DNA from: a virus
Taxonomy: Duplodnaviria; Caudoviricetes
Length of the DNA: 50,714 bases
Strand: one strand, 5' to 3'
Virus record (IMG/VR): IMGVR_UViG_3300048041_000073
Coordinates: 1-50,714 of that record
Below are positions 36,408 to 47,085 of this stretch, piece after piece (the first letter of the stretch is position 1; each line of letters begins with the position of its first letter). A model generated the notes under the pieces. The model was not told the DNA's origin and did no database searches. It saw only the letters and a program-made list of their open reading frames with translations. The position numbers were made by a program, and so were the translations under genes.

Positions 36408-38168
36408 TTAGCTATTATATAAATCTAATAATTCTTCTGTAGATAAACTTTCTAAATCGTGAGGTTTTTGAGAGTTTATATACTGACGTGCAGCCACACC
36501 CATATCCCCTTGATGTGTATAATCAAGTAATCGATTCTTTTGTTCAGGCTTTTTAATTGTTCTTTTTAAAGCCTGATATCCTTTTTCAATCTGACTTGGG
36601 CTTTTTTTCATTTCTGAAGTTACATCAGAATAAATTTTCTTAGGAATTTTAACAAATTTAGGAAGTATTTCATTCCATGCATGGGATTTATTTTCAAGAG
36701 TTTTTAAAGAACGAACAAGTTGATTACTTTCATTTAATAAACTTTGCTGATGATTGGATAGGCCTCCAATAACCAGTTTTTGTGTCGTTGCAGGAAGTTC
36801 TGAAATATTTTTTTCAAATTCAATAGGGTCCCAAATATTTCCTTTTTTTCCTAATTCAAAAGCAATTCCTTTATGATATTTTTCTCGATGCTTACCTTTT
36901 AAATTCTCAGAAACAAAACGAGTAGGATTTGCATCAAGATGAAGATCTTTTATTGATTCATGTGCAGCTGCCGCTGGGGCGTGCTTGTGTGCTGTAATAG
37001 CATTAACATGAGGTACATTTTTTTCTTGATGAAGTTTATATTGTTTTTTTGCTGCTTTATGTAAACGTAAAGCACGTGGGCTTATTTTTTCATGAAATTT
37101 TTCAATATCATTTGTTAATTTTCCATATAAAGAACTTAATTCTTTTTCATCTTCACTACCGATAGTTTCCTTTTTAGATAAAAGATTACCTGTAAGACGT
37201 TTAATACGGTCAGCATCTTTAATTGGCGTTACAGCTCCATTCATAATATCATTATTACTTAGAACTTCATCAAATTGCTTGATTCTATCTTTCCCTTTAA
37301 CTCCTAATAATAAGCCAACTTGTTTACCAATAGGGGATTGTAAATATTGTTGTTTTAATGCTGGTGATCCAAGTTCATTATATTTATCTATAAAATGTTT
37401 GATAGTATCACTTGTTGGGATAAATCTATTTTCATTCGTATGATTTTCAGTATATTTATTTACTAAACTTTTAGACCTTCCAAATAATTTCTGAAAATTT
37501 TCTTGTGATCTTTTATTATAACCATGAGAAGCTTTTTGAGCTAATCTGCCCATTTGCTCATTCGTTACTTTAGATAAATCATGACTTCCTGCATGTTCTC
37601 CAATTTTTTCAATTGTTTTTTGTTTTATATAAGGATTAGATTTTATACGAGAAAGCGCACCTTTATTTTGTGCTAAACGTTCTAATGATTTTTTAGTTAA
37701 TAAAGATGTTGCGATGCCAGCCCCAATAGATGTAGCTGTATCTTCTGGAATTTTATTTTCAATAGCTTGAGATGTAACACCGCCTATACCACCCGCTATT
37801 CGTGTACGCCATGGTAATTTTCTACCAAGACTTGCATCTAATGCTCTTTCGGCAATTAATTGATTGGGTGTATTAGGTTTAATCTTATTTTTAGTTAATG
37901 TATCTATTGTTTGTTTAATTTGCTCTCCATGTCCAGGATGTTCTTGATAGGGGATCCCTGCCGCCCAATGGAGACCTCTCCCCACTAAGTGTGTAGGAAG
38001 ATTAACAAAATCAGAAAGATAGCCTGGAGCTGCTGCAAGAGCACGTGGGATAAACCCTGCATATTTAGCAGCAGTCTTAGCGTGATTTTTTGTAGAAGAA
38101 GATTTATTTTCTGCATTGTAAAGTTTTAGTAATTCTTCGGTAGACATATTTTCATAATTTTTATTCAT
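36408..38168 (-). CDS. Putative internal virion/DNA ejection protein
   Basis: 586 aa basic helical protein at the end of the tail operon; both ends carry (M/L)STEELLxLYN. Confidence 0.6.
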   Translation of the reverse strand: MNKNYENMSTEELLKLYNAENKSSSTKNHAKTAAKYAGFIPRALAAAPGYLSDFVNLPTHLVGRGLHWAAGIPYQEHPGHGEQIKQTIDTLTKNKIKPNTPNQLIAERALDASLGRKLPWRTRIAGGIGGVTSQAIENKIPEDTATSIGAGIATSLLTKKSLERLAQNKGALSRIKSNPYIKQKTIEKIGEHAGSHDLSKVTNEQMGRLAQKASHGYNKRSQENFQKLFGRSKSLVNKYTENHTNENRFIPTSDTIKHFIDKYNELGSPALKQQYLQSPIGKQVGLLLGVKGKDRIKQFDEVLSNNDIMNGAVTPIKDADRIKRLTGNLLSKKETIGSEDEKELSSLYGKLTNDIEKFHEKISPRALRLHKAAKKQYKLHQEKNVPHVNAITAHKHAPAAAAHESIKDLHLDANPTRFVSENLKGKHREKYHKGIAFELGKKGNIWDPIEFEKNISELPATTQKLVIGGLSNHQQSLLNESNQLVRSLKTLENKSHAWNEILPKFVKIPKKIYSDVTSEMKKSPSQIEKGYQALKRTIKKPEQKNRLLDYTHQGDMGVAARQYINSQKPHDLESLSTEELLDLYNS

Positions 38169-38170
38169 TC

Positions 38171-41100
38171 TTAAAGAACTCCACGTTTTTTAAGAATTTC
38201 AGCAATCATAGCTTTTTTCCCTGGATTAATTGTTTTACTCGTTTCATCATCCATTGCTATTTTTTTTGCATTATAATCAATACGTTTTTGTTCACATTTT
38301 TTAATAAAATCTTCTTTGTCAGCAATTGCTTGTTTTATCTGATTATTAGATGCACCATAAATTTTATTTGAATTAATAATAGAATCAAAATGTGAAATTG
38401 CACTTAATTCCTCATCTGATAAACGTCCAATATTATGTTTACGACTATATTTTAATTGTGCTTTTGCATCGGTCTCATTTTGAACTGCCATTCTTGTTCT
38501 TCCACTTGCACGCCCTTCGTTAAATCTTGAACGTAATGCATCTTTCGCTGTAATAACTTGAGTGAATTTTCCAGGCGCATCAGTTAAAGCTTCCGCACTT
38601 TCAGCTACAAATGGTGAAACAATATGATGTAATCCAAAATCTTTCCATTTTTCCGCTCTTGCAGCGGCAGGTCCTGAATCAATCGTATATGCAGGGTCCA
38701 TTGCACCTAATATTGCATTACCATATTCTTTTGTAACATTTAAATCTTTATTTAATTCTTCAAGTTTTTTAATATTTTTAGGATCATTTGTTTTAGGTAA
38801 ATCATCTGGGTCTTCTAATGTTTCGCCATACATACCAAAACCACCCTTAAGTTTATTGGCCTGAGCATTATATAACTCATTTTTAGCAGCCCAATGTGCA
38901 GCTTCATTCTGTGCTCGTGCGGAATGAATACCTAATTCAGAACGTTTTAATCCTAACTCTTCTTCTTTATGTTTTTCACCCGTCAACATACCTGTAAGAT
39001 CTGTTCTATTTTTATCTCTCTCAGCCTTTTCTTTCCGTTTTTCTTTTGCTGCTTCTTTTCTAAGTGCAGCTTGTGCTTCAAGGTCTTGCATAGCCGCTGT
39101 ATAGCTTTGCCCAGTTTTGCCAAGCCAACTGTTACCCCCAGCACCAGCAGCCCCAGCCATCGCTGCACGTACCCATCCTGAAAGTTCAGATGGTTGTTTC
39201 TCAACTTCTTCAACTGGTTCATCAAACATTTTTTCTCTAAATTCACGACTCTTTCGTGTTAATTCATCCTCAGCAACAACTTGCCTTGCTTGATTAATGC
39301 CTGATGTAATCGGACTTGCAGCAGGTTTGGGTGCTACACGTTTCGGAGTTAGTGTTGCGTTTGCATACATTGAGCTGGGAGCAGTTTGTGGTTGCGTCTC
39401 TAAATCAACCATTCCTCCACTTGCATAACGTTGTTTTTTATTCGCTTGAGCCTTTAGTAATCCGATTCGTGCATCATTTGTAATATAACGATTTAGCTCA
39501 TAAAGTGGCGATGTTCCTTGAATCACAGCATCATTAATCGCCATTTGTTCGGGGTCAATCGTACCACCCTCAGCTTTATTAACGCGTCCACCTGTCTTTT
39601 TTGTAACATTAGGAGGGGAAAAAGCATGTGCTGAGATTCCCCCAAAAGCACCTGCTAAATCTCGTTTCCAATTTCCTCTTTTATCTTCTACAGGTGCCTC
39701 AGATAAAACACCACCTGTTGTATTCCCTGTTGATAAGTTTCCTAAAAATTCAGCTGCTTTTAACGGATGTTTTTCTGCCTTTTCAAATTGAGAATATTTC
39801 CAATCTGCATCTTTTTGTTTTTGAGTTTGAAGCTCTTCACCAATAGAAGCAACATTTTGAGCATGCGTTGCACGTGCCGCTTGATGACGTTGCCGTGTAT
39901 CCTCTAAACCTTGTGTCGCTTCTAAATCTGAGGTTAGATCATCACGAGACAGTTTGCCTGCCAAACCAGCAGCAGCAATGTTAGCTTGCTGATTATAAGA
40001 TGTGGCACCAATACTCGCCGCTCTATTCTGTGCCCGTTGCCCTATAATAGATTCATTAACGCCACGAATAACCTTTTCGCCCGCTTCACCAATTTCTTTT
40101 GCGACTTGTCCATGCCCCTTAACTCCAGGAGTTAAATATTTTGACATAATTTTAGGAGCCATTTTTTCGTCCCAAGCACGCAATCCTTGATCATACAAAC
40201 TCTTCTCATGGGCAGTTTCAATATCACCAAATAAGTCTTTATGTTGCTTAGCAAAGTCAGCCGATGCCTTGGAAAGGTAAGGTTGAGCAGCTTTTGATGC
40301 TTTATCTCCTCCGCGCCATTTACCTAAATTACTTTCAATATCTGCAATCTGACGTTTACGTTCAAGTCTCTCAGGGTCTAACTCTTTTTTTAATCTATGA
40401 GATTCTAATTGTTCTGCTTGAAGAGGAACATTTTTTTCGCCTTGATACTGTTTTAAACCATGTGTTAAATGACGTGCCCCTACCTGTGCTGCAATTAATC
40501 CTGCATCTTCAGCCCATCTGGACTTATCTGCCGTCATCCCTGCCTCAAGAGGCTCAGTTGTTTTTAATCTAAACTGTTGTTCTTCTGCTTTTGTTGCTTT
40601 TCGAACAAATCCCGCTTCCAATTCTTTTAAATGTTGAGTTTTAATATTCGATTGAACATCAGTAGGAAGGATAAATTTTCCGCTAATATTAGCTTTTGTT
40701 TTTGCTAAAATAGTGTCTGCGTCTTCAGGAGAATAATGGTTTGCCTCAAGATACGCCTTGGCATCTGCAATATCATTAAAAGGATGATTTGGCTCCGATC
40801 TTCCTATATGTGCCATAACAATAGGTTTAATACTGTCAAAATTTTGAGCAACTTCACTAATAACGGAAGGATGTACATCTTCAGCTTTTAAATTAGCAAG
40901 AATCTCTTCTTTTGTTAAAAGTGGATTTTCTGTTAATTCTTTACGTAGATATGCATAAGCACGTGTTGGAGCATGACCACTACTAGGTATATATGGAGGA
41001 GGAGCGGGCCAATCTGTAAAAGCTGGGGCTGGAGCATGACCACGACTAAATATATATGAAGGAGGAGCGGGCGCTGGAGCAGCTGAGGGAGCGGGGCCAC

Positions 41101-41377
41101 CTCCTCCACTACTAGTCCGTAATTTTTCAAGTCTACTAACAGCTTCGGCGGGTTGAAATGACTTAGGCGCTGTTCCCATCCCAATCTTAGCTTCACGTTC
41201 TTTCGCATCATGATCGGCAATTATCGCTCTTGCTTCAGCTTGTAATCGTGCTAACAATTCTGGATTTGTATTGACTCTTCTGTGTGCAAAACTATTACCA
41301 ATATGAACCGCCCCGTTAGAAAAAACGGATAAATTTCCAGCTAGAACCTCCCGCGCTTGTTCTAATGTTAAAGCCAT
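38171..41377 (-). CDS. Large putative ejection (internal core) protein
   Basis: 1068 aa Ala-rich helical protein with KKTGG/KAEGG/YASGG motifs; podovirus synteny. Confidence 0.65.
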   Translation of the reverse strand: MALTLEQAREVLAGNLSVFSNGAVHIGNSFAHRRVNTNPELLARLQAEARAIIADHDAKEREAKIGMGTAPKSFQPAEAVSRLEKLRTSSGGGGPAPSAAPAPAPPSYIFSRGHAPAPAFTDWPAPPPYIPSSGHAPTRAYAYLRKELTENPLLTKEEILANLKAEDVHPSVISEVAQNFDSIKPIVMAHIGRSEPNHPFNDIADAKAYLEANHYSPEDADTILAKTKANISGKFILPTDVQSNIKTQHLKELEAGFVRKATKAEEQQFRLKTTEPLEAGMTADKSRWAEDAGLIAAQVGARHLTHGLKQYQGEKNVPLQAEQLESHRLKKELDPERLERKRQIADIESNLGKWRGGDKASKAAQPYLSKASADFAKQHKDLFGDIETAHEKSLYDQGLRAWDEKMAPKIMSKYLTPGVKGHGQVAKEIGEAGEKVIRGVNESIIGQRAQNRAASIGATSYNQQANIAAAGLAGKLSRDDLTSDLEATQGLEDTRQRHQAARATHAQNVASIGEELQTQKQKDADWKYSQFEKAEKHPLKAAEFLGNLSTGNTTGGVLSEAPVEDKRGNWKRDLAGAFGGISAHAFSPPNVTKKTGGRVNKAEGGTIDPEQMAINDAVIQGTSPLYELNRYITNDARIGLLKAQANKKQRYASGGMVDLETQPQTAPSSMYANATLTPKRVAPKPAASPITSGINQARQVVAEDELTRKSREFREKMFDEPVEEVEKQPSELSGWVRAAMAGAAGAGGNSWLGKTGQSYTAAMQDLEAQAALRKEAAKEKRKEKAERDKNRTDLTGMLTGEKHKEEELGLKRSELGIHSARAQNEAAHWAAKNELYNAQANKLKGGFGMYGETLEDPDDLPKTNDPKNIKKLEELNKDLNVTKEYGNAILGAMDPAYTIDSGPAAARAEKWKDFGLHHIVSPFVAESAEALTDAPGKFTQVITAKDALRSRFNEGRASGRTRMAVQNETDAKAQLKYSRKHNIGRLSDEELSAISHFDSIINSNKIYGASNNQIKQAIADKEDFIKKCEQKRIDYNAKKIAMDDETSKTINPGKKAMIAEILKKRGVL

Positions 41378-42592
41378 TTAAACCTCCAAACCATGTTTAT
41401 GAGCAGCTCTTTTGTACAAATGAAGAATATCGGGAGCTGCGGGCGGTAAGGCTTTACCTTTTGATATTTTCAAAACTCTGAGGTCTTCTGTTAATTCTCG
41501 TAGTATTTTAGAACCTAAATTATTAGACCCGTGACCTAACGCTGCAACCGCTTGAGGTGCTAATGCATATTCATCATTAGCCACAGCGCAAGGGATTTTT
41601 CTTAGTTTTTTAGGATGTAATTCTACTGTGATTCTTTCTTTAATTTCGGGAACCTTTTTCATTTTATCAGCAGCTAATGCCTTAAGGCGTTCTATTTCTT
41701 TATGCCCAGCATCACTGGAACCGTTCCCGAAATTACTAACCGTATGTGCATCAAATATCCATGTTTTTTCTGGAATATCTTTGTTAATTAAATCTTCTTG
41801 ACCGTGGCCAGGACCTTTAAGAGGATTGCCTAGAACAATACCGCCCTTTTTAAATCTACCTGGTTTTTGAATACCATGTTGTACATGACGAGACATAGTT
41901 GGCATATTTATTGGTCCCATATGGTCTAAACCGCCTTGATTCCAACGCTTTCTATTTTGCGCATTTCTAAATTCTTGTTCTCGTTTTTTCTGCTCGTATC
42001 TATCCTGGTCCTCTTCATCAGCTTGCATACCGAAAAAAGCACTTAATCCAAGTGCCCCCAATCCAATTAAATCACCGGAAAAATGATGCTCTTTCTGGGG
42101 TAATGCTGCATTCATTGTTGTTGCTACACCCTCAAAGACATTATCGAAGAAAGCAAATTCCTGAAGTCCAAATTTTGTTTCTTTTTTCTTTGTCCCCTGA
42201 ATATCATCAAGAAACTTAACGACATCAAGAGGCATCATAACCAGATGTTTGTCATTGCCTTCACCAGCCTTAGCCATCCGCATAACACTTGCTTCATGAT
42301 CTGAGGGAATAGGGGGGACTTTTTGTTTTTCAATTTGAGATTTACTCATATTATAAACTTTATCAAGTTCAGGTGGCAAAGGCGTACCTGTTTTAACTGT
42401 ATGTAAAACGCCTTTAAAGATTTTCTTTACTTTTGGAGAATTAACAACGGCACTTAATCCACGATAATCACGAAGGTCTGTATCAGGGTCTACTAACTGA
42501 TCGCTTCCTGTAGATAGTTTCTGAAGAAAATCCATGTACTTTAATTCTTTTGCAGAAACATGAACGGGTATTAAGGTTTGCTTTGCTGACAT
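41378..42592 (-). CDS. Putative internal virion/ejection protein
   Basis: FKKGG...GPGHGQEDLI...FGNGSSDAG domain; short hydrophobic LIGLGALGLSAFFG segment. Confidence 0.65.
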   Translation of the reverse strand: MSAKQTLIPVHVSAKELKYMDFLQKLSTGSDQLVDPDTDLRDYRGLSAVVNSPKVKKIFKGVLHTVKTGTPLPPELDKVYNMSKSQIEKQKVPPIPSDHEASVMRMAKAGEGNDKHLVMMPLDVVKFLDDIQGTKKKETKFGLQEFAFFDNVFEGVATTMNAALPQKEHHFSGDLIGLGALGLSAFFGMQADEEDQDRYEQKKREQEFRNAQNRKRWNQGGLDHMGPINMPTMSRHVQHGIQKPGRFKKGGIVLGNPLKGPGHGQEDLINKDIPEKTWIFDAHTVSNFGNGSSDAGHKEIERLKALAADKMKKVPEIKERITVELHPKKLRKIPCAVANDEYALAPQAVAALGHGSNNLGSKILRELTEDLRVLKISKGKALPPAAPDILHLYKRAAHKHGLEV

Positions 42593-42646
42593 TTTATTAA
42601 CTCACGAAATGAAAAGTCTTATCTCTTCTATTATTATACCGTATGT

Positions 42647-42895
42647 TTATTTTAAATTATAATTTTTAATAAACAACCATGCCCATTTTTCCCAGTCCTC
42701 ATCTTTCGGAAACATACGTTTATTCGGAGTTGGCAAGTAGCTCAATCCATTTATCGAAAGAAGCAAATTAGCCCATTCTCTCCATTTTGATAAATCGTGG
42801 GGAGGTGTTGGAACACTCAAGTTGACCAAGCTTCTTTTGAGACTATTGCCCCAATGAAATAAACTAACTCTAACGGGGAGAACTAAGAAACTCAT
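42647..42895 (-). CDS. Small Trp-rich tail-module protein
   Basis: WREWA...WEKWA; ATGA overlap with the nozzle gene. Confidence 0.6.
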   Translation of the reverse strand: MSFLVLPVRVSLFHWGNSLKRSLVNLSVPTPPHDLSKWREWANLLLSINGLSYLPTPNKRMFPKDEDWEKWAWLFIKNYNLK

Positions 42896-44457
42896 GATGC
42901 AGCTGGCGCAGGACGTTGATCGGTAGATGGGCGTACCATGAACTGAGTATTCCCCATCAAGAATGTACCGCCAACACTATTGTTAGAAAAAGTTGCCGTA
43001 AAGAGTGTCGCTTTTTCTGCAATCGTTAAAAACTCAGTCGTATCTGTTAAAATATAAGGTGCATTTGGCGGAATCGGTACGGTTACCCCTGGCGAATTCG
43101 GATATGCTTTCGTGTTTAAAGTCAATGTCATATTGCCTACTTTTTCAATATCGGGAACGACTGAATCAATAAACATAACTTGTGATTGAAACGGGTTATT
43201 TTGGCTCATAGAATTAAAATAATTGGTTGTAAAATAACTTTTAATAGCTAATGTTTTACCTAAAACAACTTGATCCCAACCATATTCGTGCACCCAGATA
43301 GGATACAGAACGGCTGAACCATCTGAAATAGGTTGAGATGAACACATAATAGGATAAGGAAAGTCTGTGGATGATGATATACCGCACGATCTGGAGAATT
43401 GGTCTGTATCATACCAATCATCGGCCTCAATCATGTAAACAATCGCATTTGTGTTTTCTGTTGCGCTTCCATAAGGGAAACACCACCATATTTCATCAAA
43501 AATACGATTAGCCATTCCAAATACTTTTTCTTTGTTATTTGGGTTTATATTTTTAAAAAACCATTGTTTATTTGTCGTATTCTTTAATGATAAAACAGAT
43601 CCATTATATTGATAAAAAGAATTGTTTCCAATCCAATAAAAGAAAGGGTCAAGTGAAACAACGCAACCATCAGATAATAAGGTGCTTTCTGTTGAGACGT
43701 AACTATTAATAAAGACTGGCGCGCCTGATGCATCTGTACCCGAAAGAGAAAGCTGTACTAAATAATTGGTAGACCAAAAGATACCCGATAAAACCTGACC
43801 CGATTTGACTGGGTTTGCCGTTACAAATTTAGTGGTGGGATATGTGGCAATATTCGCCGTTGGGAATGTATCTATACTTGTCCCGTTGCTCCACTGAATT
43901 GTCCCATTACTTCCATAAACAAAGATATAACTTCCAACAGCAATAACGCCGCCAGATGCCATGATAGGTTGAGAATCAACTGTATTAATGACGGGCTGTA
44001 ATGGCGCATTATCACCTAGAATCCCATAATATAATTGTCCCTCAACAGAATTTGATAAATCGTTTACATTAGGAGCTGCCAGCGCAATAACATAATCTAC
44101 ATTAGAAATACTAAGTGTACTTATTGTCCATTTGTAATTTGGATTTGTAGAATTAAATCCTGTGGGAGTAACATCAATAATCGCAGAGGTTATAAGATCG
44201 GGTGTTGTGACAATAAACTGAATAGAATAGGCTGTGCCCGTGTATACATAGACCGAATTTGAAGCATTTATTGAAATAATCGTTCTAATGATATTATTAT
44301 TTCCATTTATAATGGTTTCGCATCCACCTACTTTTTGTGGGCGTCCTTTATAAAATCTCGTGTATGAGCCATCGGTACAACGTGTTGTGTCAAACATCGT
44401 TCCGTCTCGTTGAATCCCAACACTAGGCTGAACACTGAGGGGATAGTTTTGCGCCAT
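42892..44457 (-). CDS. Tail nozzle/stabilisation protein (P22 gp10 / T7 gp12-like role)
   Basis: GIQRDGT...RFYKGRPQKVGG...FYQYNGSV...FDEIWWCFP...HEYG; beta-propeller-like composition. Confidence 0.75.
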   Translation of the reverse strand: MAQNYPLSVQPSVGIQRDGTMFDTTRCTDGSYTRFYKGRPQKVGGCETIINGNNNIIRTIISINASNSVYVYTGTAYSIQFIVTTPDLITSAIIDVTPTGFNSTNPNYKWTISTLSISNVDYVIALAAPNVNDLSNSVEGQLYYGILGDNAPLQPVINTVDSQPIMASGGVIAVGSYIFVYGSNGTIQWSNGTSIDTFPTANIATYPTTKFVTANPVKSGQVLSGIFWSTNYLVQLSLSGTDASGAPVFINSYVSTESTLLSDGCVVSLDPFFYWIGNNSFYQYNGSVLSLKNTTNKQWFFKNINPNNKEKVFGMANRIFDEIWWCFPYGSATENTNAIVYMIEADDWYDTDQFSRSCGISSSTDFPYPIMCSSQPISDGSAVLYPIWVHEYGWDQVVLGKTLAIKSYFTTNYFNSMSQNNPFQSQVMFIDSVVPDIEKVGNMTLTLNTKAYPNSPGVTVPIPPNAPYILTDTTEFLTIAEKATLFTATFSNNSVGGTFLMGNTQFMVRPSTDQRPAPAAS

Positions 44458-45734
44458 TAAGCATATGCCCTCATAAGAGAATAAATGCTTATTCCCTGCT
44501 GTTGAACGGAATTAGAGGCAAGATTAATACTACCATTTGATGACAGGGTAATCTCAGGACTACCCGAAATAAAGACATCACCAGATGCTACTATTGTAAC
44601 TGATTCAAGATTAGCCGCTAAATCTTGAGAACCATTTCCTAAACTAATCTCAGTTCCTGTAAATGTAGAGGCTTCTGCTAGTATAACAAGACCTGTGGGA
44701 TAAGTTGTATTTGCTTGGAAGGATGCAATTTCCACAGGTACGGAAGAAACAGTTTGAACGATATTTAAAATTGAATTAGGTGTAGTGCTTCGATAAATAC
44801 CCAATGATGTATCGTTGGCAAATGTTAAAGATGGATTTGATGAAGAACCGTCTTGTAATTGCACAATAACGTTAACGAAAGTGCTTGGAATTGTGTTTAG
44901 ACCATAACCTAAAGATGTCCACGCACCATTAGGAGATAGACCATTACTAATAAAGAATGAAGATGTGCCAGGTCCTAATGTGGTTATATCGATAATATCA
45001 CCCGAACCTAACGAGACGACCAATGTGATAACGGAATTTGTAGAGTTGTTTTTAATCGCAAAAATAAAACCGTCACCCGCTTCTACAGCAGGCATTAAAT
45101 TCAATAAACCTGTCCCAGCTTCTTCTTCCCAAACAATAATTGTTCCTCTATCGCCTTGCGATAGAGTATAACTCGCAGGGTCTATATATGTATTAAAAAG
45201 AATATTGCTTTTTAAATATTGTCCAGGCTCAGTACCTGCATCCGTAATAACTGCTAATCCACCATTCAGAACCTTACCCAAAGTATCGGTGCCATGGTCA
45301 ATTAACTCATTAATGGCAGGATAAATAGCACCCGCGCCAAATGCTGTTAATACCCAAATTCCACCTTGTGTTGTGTTATCGGTTAACGTTACAAAATATG
45401 AATTAATAATTGGGTTACCTGATGCTTCAATTATTCCAAGTGAATTACCTGCATTATCGGTTAACTCAAAAGCAGTCCCAGATGTATTGATAATGTAAGA
45501 AGATATGCCCTGACTTGCATATAAAGCATTTGGCAATGTTAGAATATTGGCGTTATTGTCGTTCGCTACACATTGCATAACAGTTGCAAAAGGCGTTGGC
45601 GATTCAGGTGATATAAATGGCCATTGCAAAATTGTTGGCGATGTATCTGCCGTTAAAGTTAATGACAAATAATTGGGGTACGAAACCGCTATAGGGGCTG
45701 ATGTAAATTGATCTGTAAAACCTGGAAATGGCAT
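44457..45734 (-). CDS. Tail protein (fibre attachment)
   Basis: DGSSSNPSLTFANDTSLGIYR motif typical of phage tail proteins. Confidence 0.6.
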   Translation of the reverse strand: MPFPGFTDQFTSAPIAVSYPNYLSLTLTADTSPTILQWPFISPESPTPFATVMQCVANDNNANILTLPNALYASQGISSYIINTSGTAFELTDNAGNSLGIIEASGNPIINSYFVTLTDNTTQGGIWVLTAFGAGAIYPAINELIDHGTDTLGKVLNGGLAVITDAGTEPGQYLKSNILFNTYIDPASYTLSQGDRGTIIVWEEEAGTGLLNLMPAVEAGDGFIFAIKNNSTNSVITLVVSLGSGDIIDITTLGPGTSSFFISNGLSPNGAWTSLGYGLNTIPSTFVNVIVQLQDGSSSNPSLTFANDTSLGIYRSTTPNSILNIVQTVSSVPVEIASFQANTTYPTGLVILAEASTFTGTEISLGNGSQDLAANLESVTIVASGDVFISGSPEITLSSNGSINLASNSVQQQGISIYSLMRAYA

Positions 45735-46372
45735 TATTCTTTGTCCGCCTTATCTGTTGCATCAAATAATCTATCTTTGTCATAAGATGTGTATGATTTT
45801 ATACCTTGCTCTACTAAAGCCGCAAATACTTGAGCGCGTGTATCATCCTCAATAAAAAGCATTGCTTTGTGCATGCACGACCATAATAACAGATCGTATG
45901 CATTAATCGTATTCCAGTTTGTTTGTTGCTCTAAACTTAAAGGAATTTGCTTCATAAAATAAGCAATACAATAGTTAAATGCACTCGTAGGTGTAGGCGA
46001 AACTATCCAGTAATCAAAACCATAATCAGAATAATATCGAGGGTCAGTACTCGCTATAGTGGGATTGGGATTAAACTGATAAATTCTTGAAACACCGATT
46101 CTTTCCAGATTAACAAGATTTCCAGCTTCATTAAAATATGTAAAACGGCAAGTATTTCCCCATATAGCGGGCTTAGCTATTATTCCGTTATTTGGCACAA
46201 ATGTACCCAGTACATATTGTTCATTGCCTATTGTTGATAGTTTTATAAATAGTTCTTGTTCAGCCAAGCTAATAAATAAAGGCACATTACTTACGAATAT
46301 ATTATCATTACGATTCGACCATTGGATAATGGCAGTGGATAGCCCATTAAATGTGTTTACATTTGTCGGCAT
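45734..46372 (-). CDS. Tail adaptor (tubular gp11-like) protein
   Basis: PLFISLAEQEL...PRYY...VSPTP...TNW....YDLLLW. Confidence 0.7.
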   Translation of the reverse strand: MPTNVNTFNGLSTAIIQWSNRNDNIFVSNVPLFISLAEQELFIKLSTIGNEQYVLGTFVPNNGIIAKPAIWGNTCRFTYFNEAGNLVNLERIGVSRIYQFNPNPTIASTDPRYYSDYGFDYWIVSPTPTSAFNYCIAYFMKQIPLSLEQQTNWNTINAYDLLLWSCMHKAMLFIEDDTRAQVFAALVEQGIKSYTSYDKDRLFDATDKADKE

Positions 46373-47085
46373 TAAACAGGATCCTCCATGAGAGAAACAA
46401 CTACCAAAGCAGCACCTCCACCAGCTGATTGAGATCTAAGACTTAATGTTTGAGAACTATTTAAATAAAGAGGAATCGGATAATTATAAGACTCGCAATA
46501 ATTTATGGTGGTTTCATTTGTAATTGCGACACCATTTATATAAAGAGTTGCCACAATACTTGCATTTGTGGCGCCTGCATTACAAATAGAGACTGCCGAA
46601 ATAATTGTGGCTTGATTGGCAAAAGAACCTGTAACTAAATCTGAAGTCGTATCAAATATAGAGCCTGTATAATTATAAAAATTAGCCGCTAAAGGATTTG
46701 TCGAAGGAATAAATAAATATGAAATAGCGATATAAAAATTTCCTGCTGAAGTCATGTTGACGTTAAACCCGATTCCAGGAACGCTCAGAATAACACCTTG
46801 GACTGGACTATAAAGAGTATCAATCGCATCTGGTGTTCCCGAACCCGTTATATCGGTATAAATAGCGTTTCCTGGAGTGGTGGAATTTATCGTTGAAAAA
46901 GCTTGCACGGAGTAAGGGGCACCCGCAGCAATTCCCGTGCTTGAATACACGTTCAATCCCTTAATGATATATGAACCCGATCCGTTAGGAAGAGTGATAA
47001 AGAGATTAGCATTGGTTAAAAAAGTATTTAATCCCGTTGCTAACCCCGTTACCGTGAATATCTGTGTAAACTCAACTTGAGCCAT
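46372..47085 (-). CDS. Putative tail/virion protein
   Basis: 237 aa beta-rich ORF in the tail operon. Confidence 0.55.
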   Translation of the reverse strand: MAQVEFTQIFTVTGLATGLNTFLTNANLFITLPNGSGSYIIKGLNVYSSTGIAAGAPYSVQAFSTINSTTPGNAIYTDITGSGTPDAIDTLYSPVQGVILSVPGIGFNVNMTSAGNFYIAISYLFIPSTNPLAANFYNYTGSIFDTTSDLVTGSFANQATIISAVSICNAGATNASIVATLYINGVAITNETTINYCESYNYPIPLYLNSSQTLSLRSQSAGGGAALVVVSLMEDPV

